Below, one piece after another: positions 7,367-14,655 of a stretch of DNA of 64,000 nucleotides; the first letter of the stretch is position 1; each line of letters opens with the position of its first letter. The translations under genes were made by a program, and so were the position numbers. Source of the stretch: a virus (lineage: Duplodnaviria > Caudoviricetes). The stretch is from IMG/VR virus record IMGVR_UViG_3300020191_000008, positions 1 to 64,000 of that record; one strand, given 5' to 3'. The notes beneath the pieces are model-generated. The model was not told where the DNA came from and ran no database searches. It saw only the letters and a program-made list of their open reading frames with translations.

Positions 7367-7441
7367 TAAGTCGTTGATACTCAATGAGTTACGGCTCGCG
7401 GCGGGGCCGAGGCCCGTAACTCGTTGTCGTTCAGTGAGTTA
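7367..7441. repeat. paired-palindrome unit U4 (spacer apparently inverted)
   Basis: TAAGTCGTTGATACTCAATGAGTTA (7367-7391) + 25-bp G-rich spacer + TAACTCGTTGTCGTTCAGTGAGTTA (7417-7441). Confidence 0.95.
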
Positions 7442-7547
7442 CAGCGTTTTTATTTTTTATTGTTTTTTTATGGTGAAAGGCTTGACATTATCGCGATTCT
7501 GTCAGAAAATGAGGTGACACCCTGAAACCAAGCACACTAGGTCAAGA

Positions 7548-7580
7548 GAAAACCCGCCAGCCTCCGAAGAGACTGACGGG
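7548..7580 (-). terminator. intrinsic terminator
   Basis: Minus RNA CCCGUCAGUCUC-UUCG-GAGGCUGGCGGG-UUUU (UUCG tetraloop). Confidence 0.85.
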
Positions 7581-7600
7581 CCACACACACTAGACACACA

Positions 7601-8020
7601 CTAGAAAGCTTTTTTAGGGAATAGGAGTCTGAAGAAGTGCCACAGGGAAAACAAGCGACCTTCGATCTTGGCGATGCCTGACACGTGGAGAGTGCGGTAC
7701 TTCTCAACAAAGCCATCATCCAAGTCAATGCACTTAGCCGTGAGGCATTTACGGTTGTCATCGCTCATCCAAATCCTTTCAATGTCCTTGATGATGAAAC
7801 GGCGGACTCCGTCGAACTTAACGGAAGAAGAGTTGTTTGTGTGGTAGGTGACAACCCGACCAATGACTCTCACGCATAACTCGTCAGCTGTCTGACGGTA
7901 CAAGTCTAGCAATGAACTCTTGGACTTCGAGAGAAGCTTAAGAGAGGAGTAAGATAAACCCAAAAGGCTAGCCAAGATTACAGGGAGGAACGGATTAGTG
8001 ATGATGTCTTGTAGTGTCAT
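7601..8020 (-). CDS. membrane-anchored protein with possible WYL-like domain
   Basis: Start MTLQD (8020) avoids overlap with the upstream gene. N-terminal hydrophobic helix, then VTY...GVRRF...LTAKCID...YRTLHVSGI, resembling the WYL pattern. Confidence 0.55.
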   Translation of the reverse strand: MTLQDIITNPFLPVILASLLGLSYSSLKLLSKSKSSLLDLYRQTADELCVRVIGRVVTYHTNNSSSVKFDGVRRFIIKDIERIWMSDDNRKCLTAKCIDLDDGFVEKYRTLHVSGIAKIEGRLFSLWHFFRLLFPKKAF

Positions 8021-8061
8021 AACGAGTTTATTTTGGTTTAGATTTTGGGTTTGGTCAAGAT

Positions 8062-8277
8062 TTATTTTCCATATACGAAGCGGAGTTCCTTGCTCCACTT
8101 TTCGACCATTTTGGCTTCGTGACCGTTAGGCTTCTTGATGGCAACGGGAAGCCATTTGTTGATCATGCGCTTGAGCTTGCGCTCTCTCAACCACTCGCCC
8201 AAGTGAATGCCGATAGCAAAAGGAAAAGTGATGATGATGATGGCCTTGTTGATGAGGTTCTGGTTTTTGAAGTTCAT
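8062..8277 (-). CDS. small membrane protein (71 aa)
   Basis: Hydrophobic AIIIITFPFAIGIHLG segment; in operon. Confidence 0.7.
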   Translation of the reverse strand: MNFKNQNLINKAIIIITFPFAIGIHLGEWLRERKLKRMINKWLPVAIKKPNGHEAKMVEKWSKELRFVYGK

Positions 8278-8314
8278 GGTGTTAGCTTAGTGTTTTTGGG
8301 TTAGTTGTAAAGAT

Positions 8315-8476
8315 TTATTTTGATTTTTTAAAGACTACCTTGCCAGCTTCTGCGGTGGCGGCCCAGTCGATAGGGTTTGCCTCGCGCTTCTCTTGGCACT
8401 CGTCGTTCCACTTGGCTTGACTGGCTCTTGCGGATTGAAGTCTCTTGTAGTAGTTGCTTGTCTTGGTTGCTTTCAT
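8315..8476 (-). CDS. small hypothetical protein (53 aa; not in ORF track)
   Basis: MKATKTSNYYKRLQSARASQAKWNDECQEKREANPIDWAATAEAGKVVFKKSK* behind a leaderless promoter. Confidence 0.7.
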   Translation of the reverse strand: MKATKTSNYYKRLQSARASQAKWNDECQEKREANPIDWAATAEAGKVVFKKSK

Positions 8477-8482
8477 GGTGGA

Positions 8483-8512
8483 AGTATACTTGATTTTTTG
8501 GGGGTTCGTAAA
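8483..8512 (-). promoter_or_regulatory. leaderless promoter
   Basis: TTTACG-N18-TATACT-N6-ATG(8476). Confidence 0.65.
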
Positions 8513-8537
8513 GAAAAAAAGAATTTATTTTTTTTCA

Positions 8538-8792
8538 TTAGTAAATGCTGGCTCTTAGCTTAATGACTGGCACCAACTCTTTGGCTGGTGTTTGGTTTTG
8601 CGTGTGTTGCTCAAGTGCGCTTTGAGCTTCTTCCACCCACCTTGCAACAGGCAGGTGAGTCATGGCTGATACCATTACTGAGTCAGCGTTTAATGTACCG
8701 TGTGCATTTGTGAAGTAAAAGCAACCGCTGCCGTTACCGCCTTCTATCTCAAGCCCAAGGTGGGAAATTGCTTTGTTAATTCTTGCTCTCAT
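8538..8792 (-). CDS. hypothetical protein (84 aa)
   Basis: Likely start MRARINK (8792); first gene of the leftward block. Confidence 0.7.
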   Translation of the reverse strand: MRARINKAISHLGLEIEGGNGSGCFYFTNAHGTLNADSVMVSAMTHLPVARWVEEAQSALEQHTQNQTPAKELVPVIKLRASIY

Positions 8793-9002
8793 ATCTGGAT
8801 AGAGCATGAAGCAACGAGCCCACAATTAAAAGCTTTTTTTTGCATAAAATGCATTTTTATTTAGGGGAGGGGTTTTTTGAAAGTTTTTGACTTTTGCACT
8901 TGACACACAAAGCGCGGGGGGTGGTGAACACTATAAGTAAACTTTTTTTATAACTAATGGGGGATGCGCCATATAATAAAATATAGCTACATGTTTAAAA
9001 GC

Positions 9003-9007
9003 GTGTA
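9003..9007 (+). promoter_or_regulatory. GTGTA candidate phage-sigma (late) promoter motif
   Basis: First of 11 GTGTA copies lying 9-26 nt upstream of start codons (others at 14639, 16618, 19950, 22882, 24191, 26283, 37646, 44353, 47727, 50384). Confidence 0.6.
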
Positions 9008-9021
9008 ATAAATAAAAACAA

Positions 9022-9696
9022 ATGGCAAAAGAAAACAGCTTATTGTTGGGTCATATAGAATTAACTCCTAAGCAAAAGGAATTTTATGATATAATGACGG
9101 ATGAGAAAACGCGGATTGTGTTTTTGGGAGGGCCAGCGGGAACAGCGAAGACGTTTCTTTCTGTTTATTCTGCTTTGGATTTATATAATAATGACAAAAA
9201 CTTAAAAATATTGTATTTACGTAGTGTTGTGGAGAGTGCGGATAGGGGGATAGGTTTTCTGAAAGGAGATATGGATGATAAGTTTGGGCCATATATGGCA
9301 CCGCTTTTAGATAAGATTGATGAGTTATTGAATAAGCCAGAGAAAGAGCAATTAAAAAACAAAAGGGTACTGGAAGCAGAGCCGATTAACTTTTTGCGCG
9401 GATGTACATGGAGGGATAAGGTAGTTATTGTTGATGAGGCTCAGAATATGAGTGTGCGTGAATTGACTACTGTTTTGACTAGGATAGGTCGTGGTGCGAA
9501 GTTATTTATATGTGGAGATAGTTTGCAGAGTGACATTAGGAGTAGTGGTTTTGATAAGTTGAAGAATTTATTTAAAGATAGTGTTAGTTCCAAAAAAGGG
9601 GTGTATAGTGTAGAATTTGGTAAAGAAGATGTGATAAGAGATAAAATTATCAGTTATCTTGTAGAAAAAATTGAATTATTAGCCCCAAAACAATAA
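9022..9696 (+). CDS. phoH: PhoH-family ATPase
   Basis: GPAGTAKT Walker A, GFLKGDMDDK, FLRGCTW, VIVDEAQN, LTRIG, GDSLQSD. Confidence 0.95.
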   Translation: MAKENSLLLGHIELTPKQKEFYDIMTDEKTRIVFLGGPAGTAKTFLSVYSALDLYNNDKNLKILYLRSVVESADRGIGFLKGDMDDKFGPYMAPLLDKIDELLNKPEKEQLKNKRVLEAEPINFLRGCTWRDKVVIVDEAQNMSVRELTTVLTRIGRGAKLFICGDSLQSDIRSSGFDKLKNLFKDSVSSKKGVYSVEFGKEDVIRDKIISYLVEKIELLAPKQ

Positions 9697-9704
9697 AATT
9701 TGAT

Positions 9705-10079
9705 ATGAATAAAGTTTTCTGTTCTTCCTGCGGCCACAAAAATGTGTATGAAGTGGTCAAACCAAAATTTTGTGCGGCGTGTGGCACTCAAATTGGAGTT
9801 GTTGCGGCTACTCCAGCGAAAAGAGAAGTGGTAGCAGAGATTGAATATGAAGAAGAGACTCCTCGCTCTTTTGATTTACGGAGATTAAAAAACGATATTG
9901 TGGCTGAAGCTAATACAAACAAAACAACATTAACAGACTTATGGAAATCTGCTACTCCTGAAGATGCTAGCAGGGGGAATTTTTCTAGGCCAGCGCCCAA
10001 CTTACCTGATGGTGAGGCAATGATTAAACAAAGCCAAGCAGATTGTGCATCTTCTAGAGTTCAAGATATTGATGGATAA
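9705..10079 (+). CDS. double zinc-ribbon protein
   Basis: FCSSCG...KFCAACG; preceded by TTGAAT-N17-TAAAAT-N5-ATG. Confidence 0.8.
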   Translation: MNKVFCSSCGHKNVYEVVKPKFCAACGTQIGVVAATPAKREVVAEIEYEEETPRSFDLRRLKNDIVAEANTNKTTLTDLWKSATPEDASRGNFSRPAPNLPDGEAMIKQSQADCASSRVQDIDG

Positions 10080-10746
10080 AAGGTATGAAGACCTTGTTCC
10101 AGAAATTGAAGAGCTTTTAAATAGATATAGATCTAAGTGGCAACTTAACTCCATAGCTTGGTTGGATTATGATGATGTTTGTCAGATAATCCGCACTCAT
10201 ATCTATAAAAAGTGGCATTTGTGGGATCAGAAGAGAGCATTTAAGCCTTGGGCTTCTATGTTGATTAGTAATCAGATAAAGAATCTGATAAGGAATCACT
10301 ATGGAAACTTTGCAAAGCCGTGTTTGCGGTGTTCCTTTTATTTGGGGGGAGATGAGTGTGGTTTTACAAAGAGTAGAGAGCAGGATGAAGAGTGTGAGGA
10401 TTTTGCTAAATGGAAGAATAAAAAACAAAATGCTTTCAACTTAAAAATGCCAGTATCTTTGGATTCATTAATATCTGTTAAAGATAGAATAAATGAAGAT
10501 GAGTTAGACTATGATAAGAAAGTGGGCAAGATACATGATTTAGTAATGGATCAATTAAATGAAAAGCACAAAGAAATATATAAGCTTTTGTTTATAGACC
10601 ATGAAGATGAAGTGAAGGTGGCTAAGAAGTTTGGATTTAAGAGAGATACAAGTAAAAGAAAAACACCTAGATACAAACAAATAAACAATCTCAAGAAGAA
10701 GTTTTATAATATAGCAATAAAGGTGATAAAAGAGGAGGATTTATAA
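10072..10746 (+). CDS. phage sigma70-family-like factor with 4-Cys insertion
   Basis: Region-2-like DYDDVCQ..WHLWD..FKPWASMLISNQIKNLIR and region-4-like HTH at the C-terminus. Start MDKRY overlaps the upstream stop. Confidence 0.7.
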   Translation: MDKRYEDLVPEIEELLNRYRSKWQLNSIAWLDYDDVCQIIRTHIYKKWHLWDQKRAFKPWASMLISNQIKNLIRNHYGNFAKPCLRCSFYLGGDECGFTKSREQDEECEDFAKWKNKKQNAFNLKMPVSLDSLISVKDRINEDELDYDKKVGKIHDLVMDQLNEKHKEIYKLLFIDHEDEVKVAKKFGFKRDTSKRKTPRYKQINNLKKKFYNIAIKVIKEEDL

Positions 10747-11804
10747 TGATATACGATTTAACAGAGGAGCAGAAAGAGGAGATTTTAAAGTTATTTAAAA
10801 AGAACCCAGATTTAATGTTTATAACCCGCAAAATATTTAATGATGAGACTATTGATGGGAGGTCTAAACAGGGTAGGGCAGTAAGGAAGTTCTTAGCTGA
10901 ACAAGATAAAAAAGCAAAAACAACCCTTGCCCCCAAAGTAGAGCAAATTCATTTAACAAAAGAACAAAAAGAGTTCTTGATGACTGACAATATTGAGGTT
11001 GGCATGAATGCGCTAGAAATAGCCCGACTCACTTTTAAAGATCGTGATGTCCAGCCATTAAGCATGAAGCATAGAATCATTGTTGATTTTTTAAAAACTT
11101 ACAGGCCAGAGATTGTAGATGATAATGAGATTGTTACAAAAGAGAAGTGGACTCCACCTAAATCTATAAACAGAGCTATTGTTAAGATAAATAACTTCTG
11201 TGGTACTACTTTAGAGGAACTAAACCTCCAAACAAAACAAAAAAAACTAGTAGAGCAATTAATTCTTTATTTTAAAAGCCCCCGTTTTAACCATTTTATT
11301 AATCAGTATGTTACTCTAGCTGACAGAGACTTGTTTGAAAGTGAGTTTGTCCGTGCTGTTTGGGACAAGCCAGACCTCACTAACGACGAATTGAATCTGT
11401 ATGTGACTGTGTGTGCCAACTACGTGCGCCAAAAACACATCCAGCAGCGCATTGACAAGCTTAATGCACTACTAGACGACCAAGACAATGAAAGGGACAT
11501 CACAATGCGTCTGACGGAGATTATCAAGGCGACTAGTGAAGAGCTTAACCAGTGCGAAAAGCGGATTGAATCCTTGACAAAAGACTTGAATGGCTCTAGA
11601 ACTGCTAGGCTGAAGGCTAAAGGAGAGGAGAATGGATCTATCTTTGCTTTGGTTGAAGCTTTCCAAGAGCGTGAAGAACGTGACCGTATGATCATGATGG
11701 CTGAACTTCAAAACAAATTAATTGAAGAAGAGGCAGATAGGCTTGAGAGTATGGATGACTACAAAGCACGAGTGCTTGGCATATCTAAAAAAGAATTGTT
11801 ATGA
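10746..11804 (+). CDS. coiled-coil protein, candidate terminase small subunit
   Basis: Coupled, in the operon with the large terminase; long helical C-terminus. Function inferred from position only. Confidence 0.45.
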   Translation: MIYDLTEEQKEEILKLFKKNPDLMFITRKIFNDETIDGRSKQGRAVRKFLAEQDKKAKTTLAPKVEQIHLTKEQKEFLMTDNIEVGMNALEIARLTFKDRDVQPLSMKHRIIVDFLKTYRPEIVDDNEIVTKEKWTPPKSINRAIVKINNFCGTTLEELNLQTKQKKLVEQLILYFKSPRFNHFINQYVTLADRDLFESEFVRAVWDKPDLTNDELNLYVTVCANYVRQKHIQQRIDKLNALLDDQDNERDITMRLTEIIKATSEELNQCEKRIESLTKDLNGSRTARLKAKGEENGSIFALVEAFQEREERDRMIMMAELQNKLIEEEADRLESMDDYKARVLGISKKELL

Positions 11805-12754
11805 GTGAATTTGTTTGCAGAGAGTGTGGTAAGTCTTTTGAGAAGCGTAGGGGTTTTCACGCCCATCTTAAAGCGCATAGTACTTCTATTGGAGAATATT
11901 ATGTTGAGCATTATGCTAAAAGAGACTTATACACAAACGAACTTCTGCAATTCAAAAACTACGACCAATATTTCACAGAAGACTTTAACAATGTAGATAA
12001 TTATTTATCTTGGTTAAAAACAACTTCCCCAATCAAAGCAAAAAACCACTTAATCAAATATACTCGCAAAAGATTTGAGAACAAGGATGTTAAGTTTACT
12101 CCACCAGACTTATACTACATGTTGGCTCAAATGCCCAATATTGATTATTACCGCAAAATGTGGAGATCTTACTCTGATTTTTCTGAAGATTTGGGCATAG
12201 AATCTTGGTTTAATAAAAACTTGCCCAAAAACTTTTGGGAACAAGACATTAAAGATATGCAAATATTTATCGATACTAGAGAACAAAAGCCTCTCAGGTT
12301 CGATAATAGTATGAAGAACAAGTTGGACTTCGGTGATTATACCGCAGCAGGAGAATATTATTCAAAAACCTTTATAGATAGAAAAGCTCAAGATGATTTT
12401 AGACAAACCTTTGGAAAAGATATTGAACGCTTCAGGCGCGAAATGGATCGTTGTGTCAAGTTTAATTCTTACATGTTCATTGTTGTCGAGTCATCTATTG
12501 AGAAAATCGAAGAAGACAACAAAGTATCGAAGTTTAAATCGAACTTAGGTTACTTGTGGCATAATGTTCGTAGTCTGATGATAGACTACCCAGAAAATAT
12601 TCAATTTATTTTTGCATACTCAAGAGCAGGAGCAAAGAAAATTATACCCAAAATACTATATCATGGCCAAAACTTATGGCATGTTGATGTACAATACCAC
12701 TTAGAGAAAAAAGTTCATGGCATGGCAGAAAGGAAAACAGCGGTATCGAAATGA
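11801..12754 (+). CDS. C2H2 zinc finger + ERCC4 (XPF/Mus81-like) nuclease
   Basis: CRECGKSF..RRGFHAHLKAH; IDTRE, GDY, IDRK..DDF motifs. Confidence 0.85.
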   Translation: MSEFVCRECGKSFEKRRGFHAHLKAHSTSIGEYYVEHYAKRDLYTNELLQFKNYDQYFTEDFNNVDNYLSWLKTTSPIKAKNHLIKYTRKRFENKDVKFTPPDLYYMLAQMPNIDYYRKMWRSYSDFSEDLGIESWFNKNLPKNFWEQDIKDMQIFIDTREQKPLRFDNSMKNKLDFGDYTAAGEYYSKTFIDRKAQDDFRQTFGKDIERFRREMDRCVKFNSYMFIVVESSIEKIEEDNKVSKFKSNLGYLWHNVRSLMIDYPENIQFIFAYSRAGAKKIIPKILYHGQNLWHVDVQYHLEKKVHGMAERKTAVSK

Positions 12755-14609
12755 TTACTCCGCACGAGAGTTTAACTCTTATTTAAGAACACTTGATGGC
12801 GACCTTCCCGACGAAGAGGCCAAGTATTTATTATACAAGTTCTTAAGGGCTAATATAGCATTTACCTCCGAATTATTTTTGGGGGTAAAATTATTTCCTT
12901 TCCAAGCAATGGCCATCAAGGGAATGATGGTATCAGACTACTCTATGTTCGTATTCTCACGGGGTATGTCTAAGACTTTCTCTACAGCTATTTATGTGTT
13001 ACTTGAATGTCTACTGAACCCCAATGCTAATATTGGTGTTATTGCAGGTAGCTTTAGGCAATCAAAACAGATCTTCCAGAAGATGGAAGATATCCTTAGT
13101 AAGCCAGAGGCAAAGCTCGCAAAAGAATGCGGAGTTAAAATAACAAAAGGTACTGACCAATGGACTTTAAAAATTGGTAATAGCCGCGCTATAGCTTTGC
13201 CGTTAGCTAATGGAGAACGACTGCGTGGATTTCGATTTAATAGGATTGTGTTAGATGAGTTCTTAACAATACCAGAAAAGATATTCAATGAAGTTATCAT
13301 ACCATTCCTTGGAGTTGTAGAAAACCCAATTGAAAGGGAGGAACTGCATAAACTAGAATCCCGCCTAATCGACAAAGGCGAGCTGAAAGAGGAAAATAGG
13401 TATGTATGGCCTAACAACAAATTAATAATCCTTTCATCTCCGTCATTCAAATTCGAATACATGTACAAACTCTACAAAAAGTATGAGGGGCTAATATTTG
13501 GAGAATTCGATAGAGACGATGAGGAGGATGAGCAAGCGGCTGATGATGCATATAGATTAATTATGCAATTGAGTTATGATTGTGCTCCTACAAGGTTATA
13601 CGATCAAAACCTGCTTAAACAAGCTAAGGCAACTATGTCTGAGATGCAGTTCAAGAGGGAATTTGGGGCACAGTTCGTAGATGAGAGCGATGGTTACTTT
13701 AGATTATCTAAGATGGCGGCTTGCACCATCATGGATGGAGAATTTCCTGCTGTTGAGGTAGTTGGGAATCCAAGTGATGACTATATTCTTGCTTTTGACC
13801 CCAACTGGGCTGGTAACACAAGTGCAGACCACTTCGCAATGCACGTATTTAAGGTTCTGAGGGACGAACAGAAGATTTGCCTTGTTCATAGCTACGCAGT
13901 GGCTGGAGTGTCCTTAAAAGACCATATGAGGTATTTCTTATATTTAATTGAAAACTTTAATATTGTCGGTATATGCGGTGACTATAATGGAGGGGTACAA
14001 TTTATAAACTCCTGCAATGAAAGTGAACTGTTTAAAAAGGCTAAAGTTGATATTGGAGTAATTGAAGTTGAGCTAGAAAAACCAGATCAGTGGCATGGTG
14101 ATATTATGCAGTTCAAGAATCAATACAACCAAAAGGAAAGAAAATATTGTATTTTAAGAAAGCCAACATCTAATTGGATTAGAAATGGTAATGAGATGTT
14201 ACAAGCAGCAATAGACCATAAAAGAATATTGTTTGGTGCTAGAGCGGTAGACGATCATTTTGATCAACAAAGAAAAAAGAACATACCTATTGAGGAAATT
14301 AAGTGGGACCACAGGATTACTGCTTCATCTAAAGGAGCTAAGATGATTGATTTAATTGATCATCAGAAAAGTATCATTGAACTTACAAAGTCAGAATGCG
14401 CCAACATTGAGGTTGCTACAAACCCACAAGGATCTCAGTCATTTAACCTGCCCCAAAACTTAAGAAGACAAAAGGGACCGAATAGAGCACGTAAAGACTC
14501 TTATTCTGCTTTGATTCTAGGAAATTGGTTTGCTAAAGTGTATTTTGACTCTCTTCATGTTACTCCAGAGAAAAAACCTGTTTCTACATTTATTCCATTC
14601 ACAATTTGA
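12717..14609 (+). CDS. terL: terminase large subunit
   Basis: Walker A SRGMSKT, Walker B IVLDE, ERLRG, nuclease AFDP and KDSYSA; precedes the portal gene. Confidence 0.92.
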   Translation: MAWQKGKQRYRNDYSAREFNSYLRTLDGDLPDEEAKYLLYKFLRANIAFTSELFLGVKLFPFQAMAIKGMMVSDYSMFVFSRGMSKTFSTAIYVLLECLLNPNANIGVIAGSFRQSKQIFQKMEDILSKPEAKLAKECGVKITKGTDQWTLKIGNSRAIALPLANGERLRGFRFNRIVLDEFLTIPEKIFNEVIIPFLGVVENPIEREELHKLESRLIDKGELKEENRYVWPNNKLIILSSPSFKFEYMYKLYKKYEGLIFGEFDRDDEEDEQAADDAYRLIMQLSYDCAPTRLYDQNLLKQAKATMSEMQFKREFGAQFVDESDGYFRLSKMAACTIMDGEFPAVEVVGNPSDDYILAFDPNWAGNTSADHFAMHVFKVLRDEQKICLVHSYAVAGVSLKDHMRYFLYLIENFNIVGICGDYNGGVQFINSCNESELFKKAKVDIGVIEVELEKPDQWHGDIMQFKNQYNQKERKYCILRKPTSNWIRNGNEMLQAAIDHKRILFGARAVDDHFDQQRKKNIPIEEIKWDHRITASSKGAKMIDLIDHQKSIIELTKSECANIEVATNPQGSQSFNLPQNLRRQKGPNRARKDSYSALILGNWFAKVYFDSLHVTPEKKPVSTFIPFTI

Positions 14610-14655
14610 AAAGTTATAAAGTAACTTTTATAACTTTAGTGTAACAATTTGTGAC

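Noticed and set aside
1751-7441. Paired boxes as CRISPR mini-arrays
   Set aside because: The repeats are degenerate, units hold only 2-3 boxes, U1 and U2 spacers are nearly identical and GC-biased rather than unique, and no cas genes are present.
7583-7605. ACACACACTAG direct repeat (two copies)
   Set aside because: Short and low complexity, between a stop codon and a terminator; no further support.
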